A stretch of 64,000 nt of DNA. Origin: Prevotellaceae bacterium UBA1726. Its GTDB lineage: Bacteria > Bacteroidota > Bacteroidia > Bacteroidales > Bacteroidaceae. The position numbers were made by a program, and so were the translations under genes. Below, in pieces: positions 52,575 through 62,867 of the stretch (the first letter of the stretch is position 1; every line of letters starts with the position of its first letter). The notes under the pieces are model-generated. The model was not told where the DNA came from. It did no database searches and was given only the letters and a program-made list of their open reading frames with translations. The stretch spans positions 464 through 64,463 of the forward strand of contig DCIM01000049.1 in the NCBI GenBank assembly GCA_002316005.1, read 5' to 3'.

Positions 52575-52710
52575 TGTAATCCTTCGTAAGCATGTCGTAA
52601 TACAATGCTTCGAGTTCGTAATCGTTGAGTTGGTCAAGGGAATGACCAATTATTCTTATCAGTTCTTCCCTTGAATAACGACTAATCTGTGATTGCTGAT
52701 TGAAATCCAT
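52567..52710 (-). CDS. Small hypothetical protein (47 aa, MDFNQQ...)
   Basis: ATG immediately after the dipeptidase stop; helical composition. Confidence 0.55.
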   Translation of the reverse strand: MDFNQQSQISRYSREELIRIIGHSLDQLNDYELEALYYDMLTKDYIR

Positions 52711-52711
52711 A

Positions 52712-54358
52712 TTACTGAGCAGGAACTTCAAACTTATTACCTGTTGATGTGGAGAGGCGCTTAGCTGTGCGCTCTGGATAACCAGGACGCTTAACGGTAG
52801 CACCAAGACCATACTTCGAACGCTCGAACTTTCCGTCCTTCTCTGGTTTCTCTGCCATATCGTTGAATTTCACGATAAGTCTGTAAGCCAGTTCTTTCCA
52901 AGTGCCAAGCATCTGCTCACCAAGGCTATTGCTATAGTTGGTGAGGTAATCAACGGCTTCAGCCTCACTATTCGAATAGCGCTTCATTGCCTCTTCCTCA
53001 ACAGAAGCCTGACGCTCAGCATACTGGTTCTCCAATCTGTCGCGTACCTCTTTCAATGTTGGGAACATCTGCGAGTAGCGTGGATAAACCATGTTGCTCA
53101 CCCAGTTGCAAACCCAGAAAGCACTTCCCTCAGAGAATGTGATGTCGTCAGCCTTTGGATCGTTGAAACATGCTGGAGGCATCTTGTTTCCGCAATAAAC
53201 AGGAACAAAAGCAATCATGTTAGCATCGTCATTACCAAACCAGATGATACCGCCAATCTGACGAGGCAACCATGCGCGGAGCTGCGAAACAAAAGTGAAG
53301 GCACTCTGCTGAGTAGAAACAGGACGCTCGTTGAAATACTTCTTGCCGTCAACGCTGAACGAGAGTGGTGTTGGACGATAAGGCATCTGCCATATACCCT
53401 CACCCATGTCATCGTCAAGGGCAAAAGGAGTTCCCTCGTAGTGGTCGCGCATACAGTTCTGCACATCACGAACACTAACCTTTCTGCTTGGGATAATCCA
53501 GAGTGGCATCTCCTCACATTGCTCAAGTGGTTTGATACCAGCAGCATAGTCAACATAAGGAGTCATGTCTGTCCAATAGTTGAACAATGCCCATACACGA
53601 GCATCGCAATAACGGCGACCACCGAAGTCTGGTGCTGCATAGGCATCGCGGAAACTGAAGTCTGCATCCTTGCCCGAGAACCATCCCATCTTGCGAGCAT
53701 AGGTGATACACTCCTTCGAGAACATCACATTCTGCTTGTCCTTCTGGTCGAATGTGCGGATACGGCTCTGGTTGGCATGAGCACATACAGCATCATCAGG
53801 GATACGAACAGCCACCCAAACAACCTTCTTTGAACCTGCACCCTGGCCCATCATCTCCATAATCCACGCCTCGTTAGGGTCGCAGATGGTGAATGTCTCA
53901 CCCTCGGAGTTATAGCCATAAGTCTCGGCAAGTGTGGTCATCACATTTATAGCCTCGCGAGCAGTCTTCGAACGCTGGAGGGCCACATAGATGAGTGAAC
54001 CATAGTCCATTATACCTGTTGAATCGGCCATCTCCTCACGACCACCAAATGTTGTCTCGGCAATCGAAACCTGATATTCGTTGATGTTTCCGAGTACATT
54101 GTAAGTCTCAGGTGCCTCTGGAATCTCGCCCCAATAGCGGTTAGTGTCCCAGTCGAAAATCTTACGCATCTCACCCTTTGCGTGCTTGGCAGCTGGGTAA
54201 TGAGCCATTTTCATGTAAGCACCATAGGAATCAGCACTATAAGAACACATCACCGAACCATCGGCACTTGCGTTCTTGCCGACGATGAAGTTAGTGCAAC
54301 ATAGGCCTTGGAGGGTTGTTAGAGACAACACGAGACCTAAGAGAATCAGTTTTTTCAT
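52712..54358 (-). CDS. C69 family dipeptidase (Ntn hydrolase), secreted
   Basis: Signal peptide then CTNF nucleophile; SKTAREAI, AHANQSRI, RDHYEGT. Confidence 0.92.
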   Translation of the reverse strand: MKKLILLGLVLSLTTLQGLCCTNFIVGKNASADGSVMCSYSADSYGAYMKMAHYPAAKHAKGEMRKIFDWDTNRYWGEIPEAPETYNVLGNINEYQVSIAETTFGGREEMADSTGIMDYGSLIYVALQRSKTAREAINVMTTLAETYGYNSEGETFTICDPNEAWIMEMMGQGAGSKKVVWVAVRIPDDAVCAHANQSRIRTFDQKDKQNVMFSKECITYARKMGWFSGKDADFSFRDAYAAPDFGGRRYCDARVWALFNYWTDMTPYVDYAAGIKPLEQCEEMPLWIIPSRKVSVRDVQNCMRDHYEGTPFALDDDMGEGIWQMPYRPTPLSFSVDGKKYFNERPVSTQQSAFTFVSQLRAWLPRQIGGIIWFGNDDANMIAFVPVYCGNKMPPACFNDPKADDITFSEGSAFWVCNWVSNMVYPRYSQMFPTLKEVRDRLENQYAERQASVEEEAMKRYSNSEAEAVDYLTNYSNSLGEQMLGTWKELAYRLIVKFNDMAEKPEKDGKFERSKYGLGATVKRPGYPERTAKRLSTSTGNKFEVPAQ

Positions 54359-55184
54359 TATTATTGTTTTTTGTTGAATCTTGTTTTTCCGTTTCAGGTT
54401 CTGGAGTGTGCATCTTCACGAGCGAGATATCTGATAGAATCATCATCTTCACTGTCGAAGAGTTACGCTCGTTACTGATGTTACTTGGACGATGCATGAA
54501 ATATCCCTTCAGTTCCTTTATACCTATGCGTGTACGGTCGTTAATCTCGAGTGTACGCTTCGATGAAGAAGAAATTGAAGAAGTTTGTGTTATCACGCTG
54601 TCGTTCAGCAGTTTGGCAGTAAAGACGATATATCCGTTTCGCGAACCTTCCTGATAGATGAAATCGGAATTGAACGAAAGGATATATCTGTCGCCGGCCT
54701 TGAATGTAGAGTCGGCCTTGAAAGCAAAACGCATGGTGTTGTAAGGCACCTCTGTGGTGAATACTCGCGTCTTTTCAAGGTTCCAGATATTGGCTGTGTC
54801 GGCAGTAGCATCGGTTGACAGTTCACCCGGTGTACCATCGATACCCTGCAGACGAGCTTCGTTCTCCATTCTTGCCCCCACTACCCTGTAGATGTTCTGC
54901 AGACGGTCGGCATGGCGCACATAATACACCATCGACGAATCGAAAATGGCGCGGTCGATGCCATGCTTGTTGAATACGGCATTGATGCACTCGGCTTTCT
55001 GGATGGAGTCATAACCCATAGTCTGGTTCAGTCCATCGGCAATATGATAGTCGAATAGCACATCTTCCATCTTACCTTCCGACATGACGAGGTCGCTTGG
55101 TCGGTCACCACACGAACCAAGTACTGCTGCCATCAGCATAAAACCAAACAGCAAAAGAACATTATGTCTTTTAATACTATGCAT
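54291..55184 (-). CDS. DUF4296 lipoprotein
   Basis: Lipobox LGSC; MEDVLFDYHIA, FDSSMVYY; lspA-adjacent. Confidence 0.82.
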   Translation of the reverse strand: MHSIKRHNVLLLFGFMLMAAVLGSCGDRPSDLVMSEGKMEDVLFDYHIADGLNQTMGYDSIQKAECINAVFNKHGIDRAIFDSSMVYYVRHADRLQNIYRVVGARMENEARLQGIDGTPGELSTDATADTANIWNLEKTRVFTTEVPYNTMRFAFKADSTFKAGDRYILSFNSDFIYQEGSRNGYIVFTAKLLNDSVITQTSSISSSSKRTLEINDRTRIGIKELKGYFMHRPSNISNERNSSTVKMMILSDISLVKMHTPEPETEKQDSTKNNNNEKTDSLRSRVVSNNPPRPMLH

Positions 55185-55890
55185 CCTTATTTACATTAGC
55201 GTATTCTGCTCCCTCGCCTTCAGGAGAGGGTTGGGGTGAGGCTTCATTCTTAGCGAATCGGGTACCTTCGAAGAAAATTTCCGAAAGATGTTCCAACTGA
55301 TGGCGGTAGAAGAGTATTAATGCCACCACACCTACGCTGATACAAGAATCGGCGAAGTTGAACACAGGCGAGAAGAAGATGAACTCATGTCCGCCCCACA
55401 TTGGAACCCAGTCAGGCCATGTTGTGACGATGAGTGGGAAGTAGAACATGTCCACCACCTTTCCTTGCAGTAGAGGAGCATATCCCTGACCGAAAGGCAC
55501 GAACTCGGAGATTGTGTAAGGCGACGACACGGTGAATATCTGACCATAGAAGAGGCAGTCGAAGATATTACCTGCGGCACCAGCCAAAATCATTGCCAGA
55601 CATACGACATAACCCACCTTACAAGGGCGCTTCACCACCTTATATATATAATAGCCGATGGCAGAGCATGCCACGATGCGGAAGATGGTGAGCAGAGGTT
55701 TGTAGATGAATGCCATGCCATACGCCATGCCGTTGTTTTCGATGAAGGAGATGAACCACCAGTCGGTGATACGTATTGAATCGCCGAGCATCATGTGGGT
55801 CTTCACCCATATCTTTATCACCTGGTCGATGACGATAAGCAGGAGGATGAGGAGCGCAGCCCCCCATCCTATCAGTTTATGCTTTTTCAA
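55177..55890 (-). CDS. lspA: Lipoprotein signal peptidase II
   Basis: DQVIK, ENNGMA, GAAGNIFD, VVDM, VFNFAD. Confidence 0.94.
   Translation of the reverse strand: MKKHKLIGWGAALLILLLIVIDQVIKIWVKTHMMLGDSIRITDWWFISFIENNGMAYGMAFIYKPLLTIFRIVACSAIGYYIYKVVKRPCKVGYVVCLAMILAGAAGNIFDCLFYGQIFTVSSPYTISEFVPFGQGYAPLLQGKVVDMFYFPLIVTTWPDWVPMWGGHEFIFFSPVFNFADSCISVGVVALILFYRHQLEHLSEIFFEGTRFAKNEASPQPSPEGEGAEYANVNKDA
55208..55244. repeat. REP-like palindrome inside the lspA 3' end
   Basis: gctccctcgccttcaggagagggttggggtgaggctt, translated as ASPQPSPEGEGA. Confidence 0.8.
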
Positions 55891-58800
55891 TCTTAATAAT
55901 CAGTTTGAATGAATCCAAATCGAGTTCCTCGCCACCTTCAGCACTGCCTACCGAGAGGTCGGTAGCAAGTACCTGAGCAGCAATATGACTGCCGTAAGCA
56001 GCAACGAGTTCCTGAGCCTGTTCGCAGTCGGAGATGACAACCTTGATGCGGTCAGATATCTCAAGACCAGAGTTCTTACGCTGTGCCTGGATGTTACGGA
56101 TAATCTCACGAGCCATACCCTCAAGACGAAGTTCTGGAGTGATGGTGATGTCGAGTGCAACGGTGAGGGCACCTTCCGAAGTGACGCTCCATCCTGGCAT
56201 ATCCTCTGCCTGAATCTCCACATCCTCACGGGTGAGTTCGTAGTCCTGACCACATACATTTATTGTGATGACACCAGCTTCGAGGGCAGCAATCTGCTCC
56301 TGTGAGAGGGCTGTCACAACGGCAGCAGCATCCTTCATCTGCTTACCGAACTTCTTACCCATGACACGGAAGTTTGGCTTCACCTTCTTCTCCACCATGT
56401 TGCCTTCAATGAAGTTGATGGTCTTGAGGTTCACCTCGTCGAGGATGATGTTCTGGAGTGATTCGATGCCTTCCTTTATAGCAGCACTTGTCACAGGGAT
56501 AGCGATGCACTGGAGTGGCTGACGAACACCAATCTTCTCCTTCTTACGCAGCGAGAGTGCCATAGAACAAACCTTCTGTACGCGAGCCATGTCGTCCTCG
56601 AGCTTTGAGTCGATGAGCGATGCGTTGCTCTCTGGATAGTAGTCCACATGGATGCTCTCCTTTGCCTCGCCGAAGGTAAGGTCCTTATAGAGGCGGTCAG
56701 AGAAGAATGGAGAGATAGGAGCAATCAACTTAGCCACTGTGAGCAGACACTCATAGAGAGTCTGGTAGCAAGCGAGCTTGTCCTGTGAGAGTTCGTTACC
56801 CCAGAGGCGCTTCTTTGCAAGACGAACATACCAGTTAGAGAGTTCATCTACAACGAATGCCTGGATTGCACGACCTGCCTTTGTTGGCTCGTAGTCGTCG
56901 AAGGCTTCTGTCACATCCTTTACCAATGTGTTGAGCTTGCTGATAACCCACTTGTCGAGTACGCTACGCTCACCGTAAGGAACCTGTGCCTGGGTGTTGT
57001 CCCAACCATCGACATTGGCGTACATTGCCAAGAGTCCGTATGTCTGCTGGAGTTTCACGAAGAATGCACTTGTCACTTCCTTCACTCCTTCTGGGTCGAA
57101 GGCGAGGTTGTCCCATGGGCTTGAGTTTGTGAGCATATACCAGCGAACGGCATCAGTACCATACTGACCGATACAGTCGAATGGGTTGATTACATTACCC
57201 AGACGCTTCGACATCTTCACGCCGTTCTTGTCGAGTACGAGACCGTTAGAGATTACATTCTTGTAAGCCACAGAGTCGAACACCATTGTAGCGATGGCAT
57301 GGAGTGTGAAGAACCAACCGCGTGTCTGGTCAACGCCCTCAGCGATGAAGTCGGCTGGATATGTCTGACGGTTGTCAACGACATCCTTGTTCTCGAATGG
57401 ATAGTGGAGCTGTGCGTATGGCATGGCACCAGAATCGAACCATACATCGATGAGGTCGAGTTCGCGTGTCAGTACGGCACCGCTCTTGCTGACGAGTTTG
57501 ATATAGTCAACATAAGGACGGTGGATATCAATCTTGTCGTAGTTCTCCTTGCTCATGTCGCCAGGAACGAAGCCCTTCTCCTTGAGGATGTTCTTCTCCA
57601 TGACGCCAGCCTCTACTGCCTTCTCAATCTCGTGGTAGAGTTCCTCTACACTACCGATGCAGATTTCTTCCTTTGTGTCGCGGTTACGCCAGATTGGAAG
57701 TGGTGTACCCCAGTAGCGTGAACGAGAGAGGTTCCAGTCGTTCAGGTTTTCGAGCCACTTGCCGAAACGGCCTGTACCTGTCGATTCTGGCTTCCACTTG
57801 ATGGTCTGGTTGAGTTCGAACATACGGTCCTTCTTTGCTGTCGAGCGGATGAACCATGAGTCGAGTGGATAATAAAGCACAGGTTTGTCTGTACGCCAGC
57901 AGTGTGGATAGTTGTGTACATGCTTCTCGATGCGGAAGGCACTACCCTCCTCCTTCATCTCAAGACAGAGGATTACATTGAGGTCCATATCCTTTGTGGC
58001 AGCCTTCTCATCGTACTTGCCACCGACATTATACTTAGGGTCGTATGCGTTCTTCACATACTGACCAGCGTGCTTCCAGTATGACTCGTTGACGCAGATT
58101 TCCACGAACTCTGGATCCATGTTCTCCTCAACGAAGTACTTTCCTGTGAAGTCGACCATTGGACGGGTGTCGCCCTTCTTGTCGATAACATAGAGCGATG
58201 GTATGCCGGCATCCTTTGCCACCTTGGCGTCGTCGGCACCGAATGTTGGTGCGATGTGAACGATACCGGTACCGTCTTCTGTTGTCACATAGTCGCCAGG
58301 GATTACGCGGAAGGCATCAAACTGCTTCTCAACAACCTTGTCGTCCTCAAGTGCGCATGGCTTAATCCATGGCATGAGCTGCTTGTAGTGAGTGCCAACG
58401 AGGTCGGCACCCTTACCACGCCAGAGAACTTCAATCTCCTCGCCTTCTTCTGCCTTGAAGTATGCCGAGAGGCGGCTCTCTGCGATTACATATACTGCCT
58501 CCTGCTCTGAGTATGGGTTCTTGCCCTTGATAGCGACATAGTCGATTTTTGGGCCCACACAGAGTGCTGTGTTCGAAGGCAATGTCCATGGTGTTGTTGT
58601 CCATGCGAGGATATATACAGGACCTTGCTCGAGCAGACTTGCAAGAGCGTGGCTCTCTGTAACCTTGAACTGTGCTGTTACGGTTGTGTCCTTCACGTCA
58701 CGGTAGCAACCAGGCTGGTTCAACTCGTGCGACGAAAGACCGGTACCTGCTGCTGGTGAGTATGGCTGGATGGTGTATCCCTTGTAGAGCAAGCCTTTGT

Positions 58801-59317
58801 TGTAGAGCTGCTTCAAGAGCCACCAGAGTGTCTCGATATATTTGTTCTCGTATGTGATGTAAGGGTGCTCGAGATCAACCCAGTAGCCCATCTTCTTCGA
58901 GAGGTCGGTCCACTCGTTGGTGTACATCATCACATTCTCGCGACAAGCCTTGTTGTACTCGTCAACAGAGATCTTCTTACCGATGTCTTCCTTTGTGATA
59001 CCGAGGTTCTTCTCTACCGACAACTCCACTGGCAGTCCGTGTGTGTCCCAACCGCCGATACGTGTCTTTGGACTTACCTGGAAGCCCTTCATTGTCTTGT
59101 AGCGCTGGAAGGTGTCCTTCACGGTACGGCCCATCACATGGTGGATACCAGGATGTCCGTTTGCTGAAGGTGGTCCTTCGAAGAATACAAACTGAGGGCA
59201 GCCCTCACGCTCAGAGATGCTCTTGTGGAAGATGTCGTTCTTCTCCCACTCGGCAAGCACATCGTTGTTCACTTCGGTCAGATTAAGACCTTTGTGCTCT
59301 GCAAATTTCTTTTCCAT
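55877..59317 (-). CDS. ileS: Isoleucine-tRNA ligase, type 2
   Basis: EGPPSANGHPGIHH, GWDTHGLP, WTTTPWTLP, WNLSRSRYWG, KMSKR. Confidence 0.97.
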   Translation of the reverse strand: MEKKFAEHKGLNLTEVNNDVLAEWEKNDIFHKSISEREGCPQFVFFEGPPSANGHPGIHHVMGRTVKDTFQRYKTMKGFQVSPKTRIGGWDTHGLPVELSVEKNLGITKEDIGKKISVDEYNKACRENVMMYTNEWTDLSKKMGYWVDLEHPYITYENKYIETLWWLLKQLYNKGLLYKGYTIQPYSPAAGTGLSSHELNQPGCYRDVKDTTVTAQFKVTESHALASLLEQGPVYILAWTTTPWTLPSNTALCVGPKIDYVAIKGKNPYSEQEAVYVIAESRLSAYFKAEEGEEIEVLWRGKGADLVGTHYKQLMPWIKPCALEDDKVVEKQFDAFRVIPGDYVTTEDGTGIVHIAPTFGADDAKVAKDAGIPSLYVIDKKGDTRPMVDFTGKYFVEENMDPEFVEICVNESYWKHAGQYVKNAYDPKYNVGGKYDEKAATKDMDLNVILCLEMKEEGSAFRIEKHVHNYPHCWRTDKPVLYYPLDSWFIRSTAKKDRMFELNQTIKWKPESTGTGRFGKWLENLNDWNLSRSRYWGTPLPIWRNRDTKEEICIGSVEELYHEIEKAVEAGVMEKNILKEKGFVPGDMSKENYDKIDIHRPYVDYIKLVSKSGAVLTRELDLIDVWFDSGAMPYAQLHYPFENKDVVDNRQTYPADFIAEGVDQTRGWFFTLHAIATMVFDSVAYKNVISNGLVLDKNGVKMSKRLGNVINPFDCIGQYGTDAVRWYMLTNSSPWDNLAFDPEGVKEVTSAFFVKLQQTYGLLAMYANVDGWDNTQAQVPYGERSVLDKWVISKLNTLVKDVTEAFDDYEPTKAGRAIQAFVVDELSNWYVRLAKKRLWGNELSQDKLACYQTLYECLLTVAKLIAPISPFFSDRLYKDLTFGEAKESIHVDYYPESNASLIDSKLEDDMARVQKVCSMALSLRKKEKIGVRQPLQCIAIPVTSAAIKEGIESLQNIILDEVNLKTINFIEGNMVEKKVKPNFRVMGKKFGKQMKDAAAVVTALSQEQIAALEAGVITINVCGQDYELTREDVEIQAEDMPGWSVTSEGALTVALDITITPELRLEGMAREIIRNIQAQRKNSGLEISDRIKVVISDCEQAQELVAAYGSHIAAQVLATDLSVGSAEGGEELDLDSFKLIIKIEKA

Positions 59318-59433
59318 TGTGTATATTTTGTTTTTGTTTATTATCCTTATTCAATACGCATATACGCATATGCGCACATTCAGCCTGCAAAATTACTAAA
59401 AATCCCGCAGATAACCAAAAATACAACGATTTA

Positions 59434-59700
59434 TTTTAGACAGAATGAACAGATAATAATTATTTATCAACGAATTACACAAATTACACGAATTTTTTTT
59501 AAACATTAATTCTTCGCTCATTTTTTATTATTCATAGGTGCTCAGGCGGCAAAGCCGGAGTCCCATTAATTGACCATTCGCTCGGCTATGCCGCTTTCAT
59601 AACGAAGTGGAGAAAGAATTTTTCATTAATTATTATTTGCATTTCACTCCCCTTGCCCCGCAGAAAAATCGGAGGGGAAAGGGGTTGGGGGAAAGGGGCT
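59434..59700. repeat. Composite intergenic repeat (9-bp tandem, hairpin core, REP-like palindrome)
   Basis: cgaattaca tandem 59463-59493; core 59576-59619; palindrome 59647-59700. Confidence 0.85.
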
Positions 59701-59761
59701 ACATAAAAGGCATACCACCTTTCGATAGTATGCCGATATCTTTAAGAGGAAGTTTGCTTCC

Positions 59762-60634
59762 TTACATTCCTGGAATCATTTTCTTGAACACCTCGGTCAT
59801 TTTTGGCACGAGCAGGTCGAGGGTCTTGTCTGTTATCTCACCCATATTGTCGAGCATAGCCTCGTTGGCACGCTTGTAAGCAGGATAGAACGACTGCTTC
59901 TCGATTTCACAGAGTTGGTTGAGCTCCTCCAACGACACATTCTGGATGAACGAGTTGCGGATAATGGTAAGCATGTTGTTCTCCATGAACTCACCAACTT
60001 TCTTCATTGGTTCCTCAATCTGAGCCATTGCTGCATCCAACTGTTCTACCATATTGTTGTCTTCGCCCATGCCGGCGAACACCTTCTTCAGAATCTTCAT
60101 TGAACCCTTTGCAGCATCAATAACCGAGTTGCCACTACCCTTTGCCACCTTTTCCATCGAATTAATCTTTGCGAGTCGGTTGAAAGCCTCTTCGTATTCC
60201 TTTGAACACTCGAGCGGTTCGATTTTGCTTGCCTCGCCGCCCATCATAAGCGACTGCATCACAGGGCCCAACACCTGTTCCATGTCCTCGCCGTTGGCTT
60301 GCATATTACTTGTCATCTTCTTCACTATTTCGATTTTCTCAGGAGCAGTAAGATATTCCACCATCTGCTTCATCTCCTCGACGGTGCAGTTCGCGCGATA
60401 GTAAGGTGCCATGATTTCTGCCACATCGGTAAGCATGCCGCTCTCCATGTACTCTGTAAGGTCGGGTGCCATCTGCTGCAACTGGCCCAACTGCTGTGTA
60501 GAAGAATTGTTGCCGGCAATAACGCCTTCACGCAACATCTTCTCAATAATTGTTGTGTACTCATCAGCCTTCATTCCCTGTGCAAACATACCGACGAAGA
60601 CTGTAATCAAAAGGATAATCTTTTTCATAATCAT
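59762..60634 (-). CDS. Secreted helical hypothetical protein with two DUF2059-like repeats
   Basis: Signal peptide MKKIILL...; YYRANCTVEEMKQMVEY and FIQNVSLEELNQLCEI repeats. Confidence 0.7.
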   Translation of the reverse strand: MIMKKIILLITVFVGMFAQGMKADEYTTIIEKMLREGVIAGNNSSTQQLGQLQQMAPDLTEYMESGMLTDVAEIMAPYYRANCTVEEMKQMVEYLTAPEKIEIVKKMTSNMQANGEDMEQVLGPVMQSLMMGGEASKIEPLECSKEYEEAFNRLAKINSMEKVAKGSGNSVIDAAKGSMKILKKVFAGMGEDNNMVEQLDAAMAQIEEPMKKVGEFMENNMLTIIRNSFIQNVSLEELNQLCEIEKQSFYPAYKRANEAMLDNMGEITDKTLDLLVPKMTEVFKKMIPGM

Positions 60635-60708
60635 GCAAATTAGGTTTTTAATAATTTTCCGCGAACAAAGATAGAATAAATATTCCAAACCACCAAAAGA
60701 TAATTTCT

Positions 60709-61009
60709 TTTTAAACATTAATTATCATGTAATTAACCATTCGCTCGGCATGCCGCTTTCATAACGAAGTGGAGAAAGAATTATTCATTAATTATTTTTC
60801 AGGATATTCCGGATATTCAGGATTATAATTGTTTTTGGTTGTTTTCTGTTGTTTAGCCCTTTAGGGCGACCCATAAATAATTCTGTTAATTCTGGACTCG
60901 GCTATGCCGCTTTCCTTAGAAAGAAATTCTTGTTGAAATAAAAACAAAAAAATAATTCGTGAAATTCGCGTAATTCGTTGATAAAAACAAAAAAATATCA
61001 TTACCTTTG
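60709..61009. repeat. Composite intergenic repeat with two cores, ending in a promoter
   Basis: Cores 60739-60781 and 60897-60925; ggatattca tandem 60798-60825; reverse 9-bp tandem 60954-60985; TACCTTTG 61002-61009. Confidence 0.85.
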
Positions 61010-61037
61010 CCGTTGAAAACCAAAAATCATCGTTCGC

Positions 61038-62861
61038 ATGACAACAAAAACTCTATTTGCGTCAATTCTCCTCGCTTTCTCGACACAGGCTTTTGCCTAC
61101 GACAACACCACCTTCGGCAAGAATGTCTTCATCTTCTCGCCAGAGGACGACCCTCAGACGGTTCACGACATCGTGGAGCGCCTCCACACCGAGATGCAAT
61201 ACGAACAGTTTGGCAAGGGCCGTTATGCCGTTTTCTTCCGTCCGGGCGACTATCGCAAGGCGGGTGTCATGAAGGTGCCTTACTATATGCAGATGTCCGG
61301 ACTCGGCCGCACTCCTTATGATGTCGTTCTCCACAATGTGTGGACTCCTGCACCATTGAAAAATGACAACGGAACATGCACCTTCTGGCGTAGTCTCGAG
61401 AATCTCTCGGTCGTTGGTCCTGAGTCCTACGATGAGGACGAGACATTCCTCTGGGCTGTTTCGCAAGCCGCTCCGATACGCCGTGTCTATTCCGAACGAA
61501 CGGTAAAGAATCAGTGGAGACATGGATGGGTATCTGGCGGATTTACAGCCGATTGCGACTTCCAATCGGCAGCGGGTTCTGATGGTCAGCAGCAATGGTA
61601 CACCCGTAACACCCACCTCGAGAAAGGTCGTGGTCGATTCAAGGAGGGTTCGTGGAATTTCATGTTCCAGGGCGTTGAGTTGGGCGATGGTGCCGACAAG
61701 ACAACCTATGTGAATAATTGGGACAAAGGCGGTAATGTAACCTTCCTCCCTACAACACCCGTAATCCGCGAAAAACCGTTCCTTTTTGTCGATGAAACCG
61801 GTGAATTTTGCGTTTTCCGTCCTGCCTTGCGTCGCGACGCTTTGGGCATCAGTTATTCGCGTCATGACATGGGGCGTGGAGAGGTGCTTAGCGTGAAGCG
61901 CGACTTCTTCGTGGTGAAACCCGGTACAAAGGCGAAGACCATAAACAAGCAACTCCGTAAGGGCAAGCATATCATCTTCCAACCGGGCATGTATCTGCTC
62001 GATGAGGCTCTGCATGTCACTCGTGCCAACACCATCATCATGGGACTCGGCTATGCCACGCTCGTTCCTTCGGAGAAGAATCCCGATTCGGCAATCGTCA
62101 TCGACGATGTTGATGGCGTGACCGTCTGCTCTCTGCTTTTCGATGCACATTATTCATCGCGTACCCTCGTGCGTGTCGATGGTGATGGCGAGCGTCATAA
62201 GGACAACCCTACCCTCCTTGCCGATGTGTTCTTCCGTGTGGGTGGATTCCGTCCTGCTCCTGTTCATGTGGATTGTGCCCTCGAGATAAATGCCAACGAT
62301 GTCGTGGGCGATCACTTCTGGATTTGGCGTGCCGATCATGGTGTGGAGAACAGTTGCGGTTGGACGGTCAACACCTCCGACTACGGATTGCGTGTCAAGG
62401 GCGAGTCAGTAATGATTTACGGCCTTTTCAACGAGCATTTCCAGAAGTATCAGACTCTCTGGGAGGGTGAGCATGGACGGGTGTATTTCTATCAATGTGA
62501 GACGCCTTACGATGCCATTCATCAGGACCGTTACATGAGCGAGAACGGCACTCGTGCGGGTTATGCGGCATATAAGGTGGCGGATAATGTTCAAACACAC
62601 GAAGCCTACGGACTTGGCATCTACGATGTGTATTTCGACACCAACATCCGTATGGAGAACTCCATGGAAGTACCCGCGAATCCGGGCATTCGCATCTATC
62701 ATGCATGTAATGTGTCGCTCTCTGCCCCTGGTCCACGCGGCATCGGCTATCTCATCAACGGCGAGGTGGAAAGCACCTTCAACACCTTCCGTGTGTTCCG
62801 TTCGTGGATTGACGAATACCGCGCCGGCCGCATCAACGCCTCCGGAAACAACAAGAAATAA
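61038..62861 (+). CDS. GH55-like exo-beta-1,3-glucanase (bacterial type), secreted
   Basis: FWRSLENL, WAVSQAAPIRR, QQQWYTRN, DHFWIWRADHG, GLFNEHFQ, FYQCETPYD. Confidence 0.8.
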   Translation: MTTKTLFASILLAFSTQAFAYDNTTFGKNVFIFSPEDDPQTVHDIVERLHTEMQYEQFGKGRYAVFFRPGDYRKAGVMKVPYYMQMSGLGRTPYDVVLHNVWTPAPLKNDNGTCTFWRSLENLSVVGPESYDEDETFLWAVSQAAPIRRVYSERTVKNQWRHGWVSGGFTADCDFQSAAGSDGQQQWYTRNTHLEKGRGRFKEGSWNFMFQGVELGDGADKTTYVNNWDKGGNVTFLPTTPVIREKPFLFVDETGEFCVFRPALRRDALGISYSRHDMGRGEVLSVKRDFFVVKPGTKAKTINKQLRKGKHIIFQPGMYLLDEALHVTRANTIIMGLGYATLVPSEKNPDSAIVIDDVDGVTVCSLLFDAHYSSRTLVRVDGDGERHKDNPTLLADVFFRVGGFRPAPVHVDCALEINANDVVGDHFWIWRADHGVENSCGWTVNTSDYGLRVKGESVMIYGLFNEHFQKYQTLWEGEHGRVYFYQCETPYDAIHQDRYMSENGTRAGYAAYKVADNVQTHEAYGLGIYDVYFDTNIRMENSMEVPANPGIRIYHACNVSLSAPGPRGIGYLINGEVESTFNTFRVFRSWIDEYRAGRINASGNNKK

Positions 62862-62867
62862 TTTTTT

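Noticed and set aside
60635-60718. N-terminal extension of the 318-aa ORF
   Set aside because: Covers the promoter region and repeat DNA; the signal peptide starts at MIMKKII (60634 or 60628).
61062-62150. 362-aa ORF antisense to GH55
   Set aside because: Shadow ORF without recognisable motifs.
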